Origin: the human T2T-CHM13v2.0 reference genome, Homo sapiens
DNA: 64,000 nt
Direction: 5' to 3' (one strand)
Assembly: GCF_009914755.1 (NCBI RefSeq)
Contig: NC_060926.1
Of the stretch, positions 1 through 13,769 are shown in pieces; position 1 is the first letter of the stretch; every line of letters starts with the position of its first letter. The notes under the pieces were generated by a model, which saw only the letters and a list, made by a program, of their open reading frames with translations, was not told the origin of the DNA and searched no databases. Made by a program: the position numbers and the translations under genes.

Positions 1-422
1 GTCATTTCCTAGATGAAGAATTGTGACAAATGTTTCATTGAAACTTTTTTTATTGAATGTTTTATTCTAAAATGTATAATTATCCCCCAAAAAGTTTAAT
101 GTATTTATCCTTTTATGAAAAATCTATCTTTAAGATATACAAAAATGCAAGGATGTTTAAGAATGAAGTTATAAAGAGATTACTACCTTACTTTGCATGA
201 GGCAGCAGTAAAGAGAGTGAGTATTCCTTGATTATCTGTCTACTGTGTTCCAAGCTCTAAAAGTGAGCAAATGTAAAACAAATAGTAACACGGACCTTCA
301 CCTTAAAAACTTATGACGTCCCTGTGGAGAGGAAACAGTCATATGAAACATAGAAAGAATTTTGGAAGAAAAGTACATAATGATAACCAACATCATGTCG
401 TTATCTTCTAAACTATGGAACA

Positions 423-1745
423 TCTTAAAATCAAATATAGAAATATAATATAACGCATTCCTTGCAAACCCTTTCAAAACCATGTCAGGGAGTTTTACAA
501 GTGAGAAAACTACATAGCTAATCAACAACAAAATAAAATACAAATGTCAAGGAGAGGTTTACAAAGAAAGATTACCTTACATTTCAAAGTTTTCTAGAGG
601 TGTCAGAGTTTTACATATGACACGTGCACTGTTTGCCACTTCGTTTGTTTAATCAGAGAGAAGGCTTGCTGGCCCAGTGAGTTGTGTGGTTTCTAGTGTG
701 GCTTTCTCATCTTTACAACCTAAATTTGCCAACAAAAAAATTACCTATGAGCCTTTATTTGGGTTCAAAATACAAACAAAATGACAAAGAACAAAAACAC
801 TGCCTTCATCCCCTCCACACACAAAATATGTAATATCAGATGTGACAGTAAGATATTAGAACTTGAGGATTCTAACCCTTAGTTGGTTGAAAACCACGTT
901 GGACACTTATGTTTCAAACTTTTAACTAAACCTGCCCAATAGTAATCCTAGAAAAATCAGAACCTACGTATCTGACATGCTCAGATGCACCCCTCAAGAG
1001 TAAGCTCTATACCAACAACTCCACTGATTCTACCAGAATTTTATAGCCATATAGTTGCTGCATCCTATTACAGTAATTAGAGCAGCCATTTCTGGGTCAA
1101 ACTATTTGGGTTCAAACTTCTCCTCTCTCAACTGTTATCAGAATTATGTAACTTTTCTGTCCTTGAGTTTTTTTACTTGTAAATGAGATTAATAACTACA
1201 AATATCAAACTGGTTTGTTAGGAGATTTAAGTGAGTTAATATATTTTTTTAAAACTTAGATCAGTGTTTGGTATGACAAAAGTTTATTGTTATTAATATA
1301 GTTGTTATAGAAAGTGTTCTGTCAACTCTGGAGTTGACACTAGTCATTACTATCTCTTGAGAATAATGTAGCATTGAAAAACAGAGAATGAACTACTTAG
1401 AATGTGTATCAGGTATTTTATTTTTTCTGTTTGCATCAACTGAAGTACTTGCAGTGACCACTCTGAAAGGTTCTATGGGGAAGGAATGCTTTTTCCTGAA
1501 GCACAACAGGAGACTCAATACGGCCACCTTGGTGGAATTATATGCAAGAGAATGCTTTGATCATTAAAGAATAATACTGTTGTGATTATACTTTCCTATT
1601 ACCTTGAAGTAATAGGAGATACTTTGAGGTAACAGCATTCTGGAACAAAATATTAATGCAAAGATTGTCCTGGTCTTAAAATCAAATATAGAAAGATAAG
1701 GTAGTCCTTGTAAACCTTTTGAAACCATTAGGGAGTTTTACAAGT
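423..1745 (+). repeat. Dispersed imperfect direct repeat, copies at 423-502 and 1674-1745
   Basis: Both read tcttaaaatcaaatatagaaa...tccttg(c/t)aaacc...aaaccat...agggagttttacaagt. Confidence 0.8.
1070..1295 (+). mobile_element. MIR SINE, degenerate
   Basis: tgggttcaaa...ttttacttgtaaatgagattaataac...aagtgagttaatata...cttagatcagtgtttgg follows the MIR consensus order. Confidence 0.7.
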
Positions 1746-3623
1746 AATCAGTTAATGAAGAGAGAAAGTTACAACATTATTTGGCTTAATGAGTCATAGT
1801 AAAGACGGGTCTTAATATAAAAAAAAATAATTTTACTAATGCTCTTTAAATTGTTTTTTGAGAACATATGATAAATTACCCTTCAATGAAATATTAAGAT
1901 TGGTATATGACCTAATTGAAAAAAATTCAGGTTTTAGAAATAAATGACATCTATTAGTGTGTCAAAAAAAGGAAATGAAAGAAAAATCTTCAGATTCAAC
2001 TCTTTGGAATCGTTGAAAGTTGGGCAAAAGGTACACCTCTGTAATCGATGAGATGCCTTGTTGAAACATCCCAAATGGTTTTGAATTGCAATTTCATGAG
2101 ATTCTTTAGAGCAGTTTTATACAAGCAGCAAACATAAGCACTTGCCAGTTTTGCTGGTTGTAGAAACCAGGGGAAATATAAGAAACGTAAAGAGCTCAAT
2201 TGCATTTCCAGATAATCCATATCATTTATCCGAAAATGAGTCTTTAATTTCAAAGCATAGGAACCACTTTAAAATTTGGTGTTACATGACCTTTAAAAAA
2301 CATTTTATTAGATTTTAGAACTGGTCTTTAATAATGCTAATATATATCATTTATATTCATTCCAAACATTTTAAAATTAAAGAATGAGCATATAAATTGA
2401 AGCTTAACCATCATTTTTCTAATTAAACAAATAATATATACTATAATATGTATTGATAATTTGGGATCTGTTATCACTTGGAATTTTTGCTTTATGTGCC
2501 AAAGTAATACTGACACGTGTTTAAAAGGAAATTAGAAATCTGTAAAATGTTACCTTTCCCTTGTCCTCTCTACAGTGGGAAACTATATGGTGTTTTTTAT
2601 GCCAAAAAATATGAAAGCACATAAAAGTGTAGTAATAACTGGAATTTTATTCAATTGTGATTTGTATTAATAGCTAGTATGTGCTTACAAAATACAAGAA
2701 CAAATGGAGAAAAGGAAATGGCAATAAATACCTAACATTGCATGGCTTCTGGATTCTTGAGATAAACTTTCAGTTAATTCTGAAGGTTGTCATCATTACA
2801 AACTATAATTCTACATCTGAGAGTACTCTAACAAGTGTTATATAGCTGCTAGAAATTATTGAATAGGAACTAAAAACTTTTATTAGTACTCATTACATTT
2901 CAGTATTTACTATAGTATCATTTTATTTTTTTAAAAAAGGCAGTATATGTGTTATGGATTCAAAGACAGTTTTGAAAAGGACTTTAGTATTCATTATTCA
3001 AACTCGGTTATTTTCTTGATAAGGTCATTCAAGACCCAGAGAAGTTGTGATTTGTTTAAGCTTACACAGGAAGATAGTAGCAAAATTAGGTGTTGAATGA
3101 AGTATCCGATCCTGTTCAACATCCGTTTGTCTATTTATTGCGATATACTGTTCCTAATTTTGGAGAGTACTTAACCAGCAGATGAAAGACCTAAAGACAA
3201 GTAAAATATGTATATGTGTCTGCCACTTGTATATGTTGTATGTGAAATTGCTTCATCTGTGGAACCCTGCCCCTGTCTGTTAAATGATTCTCTGGACATC
3301 ATTTTAAAGTAGGCAGGGGTTTGGCAGAGATGTGAGTGAGCTAAGTAGACTAAGTAAAGTCTATGTATTAGCCTCCCTAACACAGGGGCCACATGTCTAA
3401 GCTTCCATGAAGTATTGCATCTTTCTTTCTTCTGCTTTGCTTAATGATATTTTTATTAACATAATTCCTGGATAAAAATGCTTTGGTGTTATCTATGTCC
3501 TTAAATGCTTCTTCACCTTCAGAGCATCTAGTGATACATAGGACATTTTCTGAAAGTTGAACATATTTATCATTTATTTCATATTTCTGCATCGATGTGT
3601 TTGGCCCTAGATGAAATAATTTT

Positions 3624-3911
<288 letters not shown>

Positions 3912-5304
3912 GAAATAATTTTAAAAAGCTTGTTCATAGCTAGAGAATGTAAAGAAAGAAAAGAAAGGACTGATTTGGTCTCAAAAGGGTCAAGCAATAG
4001 CATTCTGAAGACTGGACTGTGAGACTTAAGGATCTGAGCAGAAAGGAAAAGTAGAGATTACAGTTTTGGAGGAAAAAAAAACATGTTTCCAAAAAGTAAA
4101 AAACATTTAATGTTTTTATCAATACCATTTCAGTAATGGTGTTTTGATGAGCCACTAAAATCAGCATATAAGTGACTAAAATCAGCATAAAAGAAAATTA
4201 GCAAACAGGTGAGCATGTTTTTTTTGTTTTGTTTTTGTTTTCTTAACAGAGAACGTAGGAGAAATGAGAATGAAGAGGAAAGGATTGTTAAGAGAAGTAA
4301 AATGTGGCAGAAAACACCAAGATTTTGGAAATAATTTAGATGTGAACACAGAAATTGATGTTATCAATGGATTATGTGGTTGCTTTTCAAATATTGATTA
4401 GGAAAATGGTAGGTGAAAGCAATTTGCCTCCAGATTCACTCTTTGTCATTTCATTCAAAAGGTCTAAGATGAGGCAGGTGGCCAGCACACTCTAGAGACA
4501 CTAAATCTCTTCAGAAGACAAACTAAGATTTCTATTCATGACATTCTTTCATTTTAAGAGACATTTTAAAAGAAATAATGTCTCAGCCCTTAGGCAACAT
4601 ATACATAAATTCACATATTTTACATCAAAATAAAGTCATGTTTGTCTTTCTTGTAGTATTTTGAACTACAGGAAACTTCATTTCCAGAGCTGTTATGCAT
4701 ATTTTTACATTTAAGAATAGTCTCCTGTTGTGCACTTATTTCTTCAGTTTCCAGAAAAGTGTGTATCATCTATTTTTTTTCCTTTTTGCTAGAACTAAGT
4801 GGTTTATTTTTCTAAACCTTTAAATCATTTTCATAAACGTAAACATAGACTCCAGATAGTATATCAGATAGTATTAAAACACCTCCTCTTTCAATATCTT
4901 GCACAGATGTGATCGCAAAGCAGTACAAAGAGGTTGCTGGGATATGGTGTAATTCATACAAGCAAAATCTGAGGAAAAATGTATCTCCAAGTATGGAAAA
5001 CACAGGATAACACAATGAAAAATCAACTGTTTACATTATTAGGTCTTCAAAGTGTTATATATTTAAGAACAATAACTTTTATTTTGAAAACACAATATGT
5101 GCTAATTATTAAAATTTAAGCAGTACAGTTAAGCACAGAATTAAACACATTGCTCAAACTCTATCAGGCAGAAATAACCCAGTATAGACTTTTGGTTAAC
5201 AGTATTCCAGGCATTTCTTTGCATAAATACAAGTGCAAGAATGGAAATACTGATTTAAAAAAATAGCATTTAACATATAAACAAGACTCCACCAATAATT
5301 TTCT

Positions 5305-5420
5305 AAGCATTTCACATCTGTCATCTCATTTAATCCTTAGAAAAGCCCAGTGAGATTGGACTATTTATACGTCCCATTTAACAGCTAAACAATAACATGA
5401 AACTGTAAGTAAGGAAAGTG
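5305..5420 (-). mobile_element. MIR fragment
   Basis: catctcatttaatcct...cccatttaacag, reverse MIR core. Confidence 0.55.
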
Positions 5421-6514
5421 ATGCTGGGGATGAATGGATAGATTCATAGGAAGAATTAACTTTAAAAAAAAAGAAATTATAGCATGGATACTATTTTAAA
5501 ATAACGTTGAACTTTAACAGAAGAAAAAAAAGTGAAGTGAATTGAAGGTGTTACCAAATTTTTTATATATCTATCTCTTTGCCAAAAGCGATATTAGTTC
5601 CTAAAAGGTTGTTTTAAGGTTCAAGAAGATGATTATGAAAGTCATTAAGTGTTTGGCATCATCGTGTTTTTCCTTAATAGCACATTTCAAATTTTGACAG
5701 TAATGCATATCATACATGAATGATGAAGTGAATAGCTGACTTAAATTTCTGCCTGGTAGCATAGTCCACCCCAGTTTTTGTTTCTTATTTTAGTCTTACT
5801 TGCCAGGATTTGCAGCGTTTACATTTTGTTCTGAAATTATGATTTCCATAGCAGTTTAATCTAAATTACATATTGAAATGCATTCAGATAACCAAACACT
5901 TTATTTACTATTTCTTCTTCTCTATTTACGAGACCTATGTTTATAAATTTCAGTTTTCCTCCTCAAGATGTTTTTCTAAAAATGACCCAACGACTTGGAA
6001 GTTTTGTAGGGTATTTCAAACTTGAGAATATCTAGGACATCTTTATGTTTGGATCTTTCTTTGCCTCAGAACATTAGTCATTGTTGCACAGTCTTCCTTT
6101 ATTCTCCTGTAGAAAAAATCTGAATCCATCCCAATTTCCCTCCTTGAAGGGGTCTTACTTTTTCTTCGATGCCTGAGACTTCATTTTTTATCCTTACATT
6201 TTAGTTATATAATTGATATGTTTTAATGCTGATTGTCCTGTTCCATTGTTCCTCTGGGTTCTATCGTTAGAACATTTTCTTCTTTTTTCTACTCCCCTTG
6301 GGAAGTCTCTTTTACACCCACAACTTAAATCACCATCCATCTCTTGATGACTTTCCTGCCTAAATGTCACCCCTAAACTCCAGACCCAAACATTTGTCTA
6401 GCAGACACATAACTTTTAAAAGACTTTAATATAACATAAGGACAAATCCCCAATCAGGCTTATGAGAGTCTTCAATAACCTTATCCTCCTCTATCTGAGC
6501 CAGAAACACCACTA

Positions 6515-6975
6515 AGAACTGTTGGTTTCCGGTGACACTAACTCAATCTGGCTTCAGCAAGAAAGGGAATACATTGGTTTACATAAAAGAACACCTCACA
6601 GGGAGGGCTGTCTCTAGGCCAACTTGATTCAGGGCTCATTTGATAAACTCTCCTTCAGTTTTCATTGGGTTGCGTCAGTTCTCAGACTCTTCCTACTGGC
6701 CCCTGGTAGAGTCAGATTTACATGACAACTCTCAGATCTACTTCTCTAATAACTCAAACTCACCTTCCTGAATAGAATCTTGCTGACCCTTGTAGGTTTG
6801 ATATGGATCATGTGCCCTTCTTAGCCAGTCTCTGGATAATGTGTTCATGCCAGCCAGTGAATGATGAACTCATTGACTTAACCCATGTGACATAATGCAT
6901 TCCCAGACAACAAGGACTGATTGTGGAGAAAGAGTAGGTCCCTAAAGGAAAGCCAAGCCAGTTACTGGAAGAAAG
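6515..6975 (-). mobile_element. Old MaLR (MLT1-like) LTR remnant
   Basis: aactcaatctggcttcagcaagaaagggaatacattggtttacataa resembles the reverse end of old MLT1 LTRs; highly diverged. Confidence 0.4.
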
Positions 6976-7039
6976 GAGAAAGGATGTTATAGATACAAAT
7001 ACCATTAAAAAAACACTCTTCCACAGGTATCAGCTGTGA

Positions 7040-7985
7040 CCAGTGTTCCCCTCCCTTACCATCTACATCTCATTAAACATTCAGACTTCTTGTTTGTTTC
7101 AAAACCTCTTGAATATGTGTATTTCTCCACATAGCTACTACTGTCCACCTGGTGTCAGTCAGTGCTTCTCCTAATGTCTATGATGAAACAGCGGATTTTT
7201 TCCCTAATCTATCACAGACTCATATTTTTCAAAAATCTTATAGTAATATATATATTCAAAAGGATGCCTCCTTTGTCAAAATGCTATAACAATTGGTAAA
7301 TGCTGACTCTCAATGTCTGTATTTATCTGGCATGCAACACTTGGTGTCAACTGCTATAGGCCACCGTCATCTGTCTCACACACAGACCCGTACAGTAGTG
7401 TCCACCCATCAGGTGGACCTCCTCTTCTTCCAGTTCCGATGCTGCTCCAAAAGAGGAGCGAGCATTTTTAAATGAAAATCTAGTCATTTTATCTTCCAAC
7501 CTGAATATCTTTAAGTAGCATCACATTTTTCTCATAATCTATTCCTCTCTCCTTAGCGTGACTTTTGGTTTGTCTTCTCAAGCTTCATCTCTCTTATATG
7601 TTCTTTTTTTTCTATGTGCTCCTTTGTTTTTTCTCACAATCTCTTTCCACTCTTGCTCTCCTCAGGGGCTCTGTCTTTACCTTGAACATACACAGACTCC
7701 ACTATACTTCCTTGCTAAATGTCAATGCTCTGCTTAGCTTGTTCCTCCTGGAAGACTTACCTGATACCACAGTCCTCTCAACTAAATCACTGACTCAAGG
7801 GTTTTTGTGGTATCCTGTGCTTAACCACCCTGTCCTAATTCTTCTAATCCTATTTTGTAAATTGCTTATTTAGTTGTCAGTATGTATGCTTTCACTAGAT
7901 CAAAGGATCTTGGGAGGTAAGGCCAGATCTTGTTCATCATTATATCTCTGCCCCTAACACTATGACTAATACCTTACTTTCACCA
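7040..7985 (+). mobile_element. L2 LINE 3' region, degenerate
   Basis: CT-rich body ending ...tgggaggtaaggccagatcttgttcatcattatatctctgcccctaacac, like the L2 3' end. Confidence 0.55.
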
Positions 7986-8389
7986 GTTACTGTGGAGATT
8001 TGGTCAATTAATGGGTCCATCTGAGGAAATGTAAAGAGGGAACTCAAGCCAGACCAGACTGTTCATGCAACACAATTCTATACCCAATACCTAGACTATA
8101 CCTACATAGATGCCCTCTTCTGGGCCTTCCCAGGCCCCAACCCCATCACCCTACTTTACCAGTTCCACTCTAATTTAAGTCTTAGCAAACACCTGTAATG
8201 CCTTGAAGCCAGAAAGTGAAGTCCTCCACTGTGTTGTCAAGGCCACCAGGAGAAGTGGATAGAAAATTAGTCCCATGTTCTTCAAAATATAACAACAAAC
8301 TCACTTATCCAAACAAATAATAGTGATTAAGGGGTATTATGCTATTACTGCAAAAGGACCAACAGTTTAGAACTGGGAAGGCTGTGTAC

Positions 8390-8600
8390 TATAAGCAAAA
8401 AAACATGGACTTTGGAGCCTCATCGAAATGAATTAAAAGTGGACACTACAACTTAATGGCAAGCCTAGTATTTAACTCAGTTTTCACACATCTAAAATGC
8501 AAATAATACCTTCTTTATAGAGCTTTTGGGACATTAAATAAAAAAAATCTGTACAGTGCCTAGCACATGGTTGGTGCTCATTAAATGTTAGTTATTCTCT
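8390..8600 (+). mobile_element. MIR SINE
   Basis: ggactttggagc...ctcagttttcacacatctaaaatgcaaataatacc...cagtgcctagcacatggttggtgctcattaaatgttag. Confidence 0.75.
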
Positions 8601-9507
8601 TTTTTCTTTTTCAAGTATACCAAGATTTAACAAAGATTTGATATACCTTTATTACACGGAAAAAAAAGCTTCCGTGATTTCAAACAACTATCTTACAGAT
8701 GGGATTTTTTAGAATATAGCACATTTATTAGGAGGTTAGTCCCTGATTCCTTGCATATTTTAATAACATGACCATTTCAAAATTCAACATTATGAAATTG
8801 TAGAACCAAATTGAATAGATTTGCACAATCCCCCTCTCTTCCTGCCCTGTCTCCCAAGCAGATTTTATCTGTGACAGAATTACCCACTAATGATGATAAG
8901 CATGGCAGCAATGGCTAATTGCTTCCTAGGAGATTTAGATTCAGAGAAGCATGAGTCACCTCACCCCAGATTCTGCAGGTTCAGATAAGCGATAGTATCT
9001 TGAGCATCAAAGTAAGCAATGAAAGGGCTTGACCAGCTTTTAGTTGATCCCTAGCTATAATCCTAAATAATTAAAACTAGCTTTCTAGTTCCCCCAGAGT
9101 TTGCATTTATTTCCAAGAAATGCCACACCACTTTCTTGGTTACATGTCTGTTTTTATTGCTCATTAGAATGGTATTGCTCTAGGCTTGCTCACACAAACA
9201 TTTGGCGAGGAGATGATGGAATAAAAACAAAGCAGCAAGCTTTACCAGGAAATAACCTATTTTTATTTGCAGATATTCAAACTAAAAAATATTCTTCAGA
9301 AACTTCTGGGGAAAAAATGAGCAAGATTAAATATGCTCAAGCGTTGCCAGAAGAAACATGTCAATAAAAATAATTATTTTTAGAGTGTAGAGTGAGAAAA
9401 AAACCTTTAAAATTTAAGCAATGAACTTAGAATTTTACAGATGGTTTTATATGCTTGTGTGTGAGTGTGGACATAGCAAGTTAAAGGCGTAAAACAGACA
9501 TTATAAT

Positions 9508-9906
9508 TGATATGGTTTGGATTTGTGTCCCTACCCCAATCTCATGTCCAATTGTAATCCCCAGTGTTGGAGGTGAAGCCTGATGGGAGGTTATTAGATC
9601 ATGGGGGGTGGTTTCTCATGGTTTAACACCATCCGCCTTGATGTTGTCCTGGCGAGAGTGAGTTATGGCAAGATCTGGTTGTTTAAAAGTGTGTAGCACC
9701 TCCCACTCCTTTATCTTCCCCCTACTCTGGCCATGTAAGATGTTCCTGCTTCCCTTTCGCCTTTCACCATATTGGAAAGTTTCCTGAGGTCTCTCCAGCC
9801 ATGCTTCCTGTACAGCCTGCAGAACTGTGAGCCAATTGAACCTCTATTATTTATCAGTTACCCATTCTCAGGTATTTCTTTATAGCAGTGCGAGAACAGA
9901 CTAACA
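9508..9906 (+). mobile_element. MST-family (MSTB-like) MaLR solo LTR
   Basis: Begins TGATATGGTTTGG, ends gactaaCA; flanks ATAAT/GTAAT (4/5 TSD). Confidence 0.9.
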
Positions 9907-11461
9907 GTAATCAATGAGTTATCTGCCCGTTTTTGAAAAAGTAATTAAGATGAAGAAAAAACGTATAGCAGAATTCTGATACAAAATGCAGTCCTGCTAG
10001 CATTGTGTCAGCATTACTTGCACATCTTTAGCTTGAACTTTTGTAATAAATTAACAAATGAATATTATGTTATTTATTTAGTAAATTTCATAAGTAATGT
10101 TCTTCTGTATGTTTTCCAGCATACTAAAAATTGCAAAGAATGCAGACATGCATAACATTATAGTAAATGGTCCAAACAACAGGACATTAATTGACTAAGT
10201 GGGTGCAGTGTGTTTCTATGACCACCAATATAAAATGGAAATATTTTTAGATAAAGATAATGGACTATTATAACTTAAAATGACTTTGTTGTCTGTTTCA
10301 CCATGAAATACCTTATAATGAGATGACGTGTTTATCTATAGTGAGTATGTTTGCTTTTTTTAAGGGTATAAATTAACAATCTTTTAAACAAGTTCTAAGA
10401 GGCAAGTTTGCAATCTCAGAATAACTGATCAGCAAAAGAGATGAATATTTTACTATTTTTCTTCAGCATATACTAGGTGCAGACTCCAGGTGTAGAAAAT
10501 GTGTGTCCCACAGTCTCATGGAAGAAACCCACTACAGAGATTACACAAAGCTGATAGTCGAAAGAACAGACAGACCCTTTGGATCTCATGCAAGGCTTTA
10601 ATAAAGGCAAAGAAAATGTTATGGTATACAAAAGAATACACAAAAACATGAGGAATCTGAGATGCTTCAAGGCACAGCTCTCTAGGGTCCTTTGTTAGTC
10701 ACACAGAAGCCATCTCTAGATTATGAACCAACAGCATATGGGGGAGGAATTGTGGTTTCAGAAGACTTTGTTCTTACCCTGGCCAAGGATTAATGCTAGA
10801 TTTCCACACATTCCAGAGATATCCATATAGCTGGCTTACTATCTCACACACATTGGCACCTTGACTTATACTAAGGAGCATCCTTGGGAAGGATGAAGAA
10901 ATATTTCCTAAAGAGCCAGTAGAAATTATCTTAGTGTTTCAGGTGAGGTGGCCATTATAATCAGAGGTAACAGTATACTCAGCATCCCAGAGACATACCA
11001 GAACTTGACACTAAATTAGAAAGTTTACCGGTTCAGTGTAGCTGGAGTGTATGTAAGTAAAATAGATAAAGAATTAACACAACACTACTTCAGTTGCATT
11101 TCTGGGTGACAGACTTGAACCTGAGATAGGGGATAATGAGGTACTGGGTCAGAGATACCTCTTAGTTCTAGATGTTGAATTTTAGATTCTATAGAACATC
11201 TGGGTTAGAAATATCCAAGAAATAATTTAAAAGCCCAAAATATAGAGCATAGTCTTTTTGTGATCATTCAATAAACACTAAACAATTAAAAGATGAATTT
11301 TAAGAGCTCTAACAATTCCTGTCAGAATCAGTTATAAATAGGAAAATAAACCAAAAAATGTTTTAAAATGTTTCATGCTGTGCACTTATGTTAGAACAAA
11401 TTATTGTTTTCAAGTTTCACTATCCTCAAAGGAAAAGATGTTCTCTCAATTAAGAAAGGCA

Positions 11462-11685
11462 TCAAATGTTCTATAGCACTGTAGGATGACTATAAATAAA
11501 AATAATATATTATGTAGTTTCAAATAGCTAGAAGGAGGATATTGAATGTTCCCAACACAAAGAAATGAAAAGTGTTTGACATGATGGATATGCAAATTAC
11601 CCTGATCTGATCACTATATTCAAAGCATCACTATGTACTCCATGAATATGTACAATTATTATTTGTAAATTAAATAATATTTTTC
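11462..11685 (+). mobile_element. L1MA-type 3' UTR fragment
   Basis: aaatagctagaaggaggatattgaatgttcccaacacaaagaaatg...gatggatatgcaaattaccctgatctgatca. Confidence 0.85.
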
Positions 11686-11894
11686 TAAAGAAATAAACTT
11701 ACACAAGATCAGGTGAAATCTGGCTTTACGTGGAGAAGGAGTTTGCAGTGGGAATTTCATTATGACTTGTTTATACCATGTGGAGTCAAATTAGACATTC
11801 TCTTCCTTTTTTTCCAGTTTCTCTTTTATCCAAGGATTTTAATCAATGTCTGAAGTTAGAATTTATTGAAATTAAATTCATAAATGTATGTGCT

Positions 11895-11936
11895 GTGTGT
11901 GTATACATATTATATATATACATATACAAATGCACA

Positions 11937-11979
<43 letters not shown>
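11895..11979. repeat. (TA)n/(TG)n compound microsatellite
   Basis: Alternating purine-pyrimidine run ending in a pure TA tract. Confidence 0.95.
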
Positions 11980-11982
<3 letters not shown>

Positions 11983-12952
11983 CTCTGCATTTACTGTATC
12001 TTACAGACTGGGGAGTAAATGGTAACAACTTTTAAATCTAGCTGTCTTCATGTTGACAAAGCATCTTTCACATAAGCAATTCTCTTGAAACCTGAGAAAA
12101 GAAAAGCCTGGATTTTTTTTTCTGAATACTAAGCAAATTCCTTTCAAATACTTAATAGCAAAGATCATCATTATTATATTGTGCATCCACCTCATCCTGC
12201 CTCATGGTAAAATGTCTAAAAAGTCATCACAAACATGAAAAACTCATCTCCTGAAAACTACAGAAATTACATATGTCATTTAGAGTAGTGGCCTCTATAC
12301 CTTTGCAAAGTGTCATGTCTCTGCTAAATATTACTACCTTACATATATTTATGCTTTTACATTCCAGGGAAGTAGTCAGAACTTATTACATGTTATAATT
12401 GGAATACAACCTCCAAGTGCATAAATTACTTGTATAAGGTCACACCATGTAAAAAGTAAAACCTGGTCTTCTATGCAGGTAATGTTCTTTTCAAATCTTA
12501 AATTATTTGAAATGTAATGTTTTTCTTTTTTACTCTGTCTTCTCTAGTTTCAGAAATATAAGAGTAGAGGAATATATAGTCTACCTATTTACATATGTTA
12601 AAACATATACAGGTAGTATTTTTATTATTATGATACAACTCTTTTTTTGGATTTTACATTAAATCAACCTTCTGCATTGAAGTATATATGAAAGAGAAAG
12701 CTGTTTTCGGGAATGATTGGCTCTTAATCCACAGAATGCTGCTACCTGATACCCTATTACCACGTGCTTTTAAAAAAATATATATTTAGTTCTTTTCTGC
12801 ACTATCCTAATACAGACAATCATTTTAGCAACTAAGACATATGTGTCCTTGGCCAGATTAAGAGCTACTTCAATACTTTGTGTCATATGTCACAGAGCAA
12901 CATTCTCATTGAATATGCAGAATTAATCTTATTTGAGTTTATTTAGGATGAA

Positions 12953-13077
12953 TCAGTGTGTCTTATACTGGTGTGCTTGTTAAAAATACAGATTTTCTGT
13001 CCACTCATTTAGATTTGGTAGGTCTAGAATGAGCCTGAAAACCTGCATTTTGACACAATGTACGTGAGAAACACTGG
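12953..13077. mobile_element. MER5-type hAT-Charlie MITE fragment
   Basis: gcttgttaaaaatacagatt...ggtctagaatgagcctgaaaacctgcatttt...gagaaacactg. Confidence 0.65.
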
Positions 13078-13769
13078 GAAATATAAGGTTACTTTCTTTC
13101 TGTTGGAAGATGCAAATAGCAAAATAAGGGACACAGATAAAGCCTGTATTGATCAATAATGTCTACCTTGTTCCCTACCAATCTTTATAGGAAGCTAATG
13201 ATAAGCCACAAATTGAGTGGCTTTAGTTTCAGTTTTCTCTGCTCCTGCACACCAGCTGTGGCAGTGTTAATAAGCATCAAAATTGCTCAAAGGTGATGAT
13301 TTAGGAGAGTAAAAAGAAAATTGTAGGATGTTAATAATCTTTTGTACTGGTGACACCTAGATAAATAAATCTTTTGGGAACAAGGGTCTTATAATACAGT
13401 TGACTATGCTAAAATAAGTACCAGTTTTCCAATGAAATAGAAATGCCTCTCTTAAGCTGTTCTTGAACATGTTTGCGTAGTACAGACATCACCATCAAGA
13501 TTTTTTGAATGTCCATCTATGATTAACAAAACTTGGAGTCAAAATTATATAGTTTGTCCTAATAGTCCTCTGCCTTTCTTCACTGGCTCTTGATACTCCC
13601 TCAATGGGGCCCCTGGTCTTTTCCAAATTCTCTTCCCTTAATTCGTATCTTCTAACCAGCCATGTTCTATCAAATTGGGTAAAGGTTAGAGATTGATCAT
13701 TAGTCTGTGCTGACTTATCAACTCTATTAGTACTTTAGCAGCAAGTACAATCCTGCTAGCACTGTTAAC

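Noticed and set aside
1320-1339. 9-bp inverted repeat tgtcaactc-tg-gagttgaca
   Set aside because: A stem this short is expected by chance in 64 kb.
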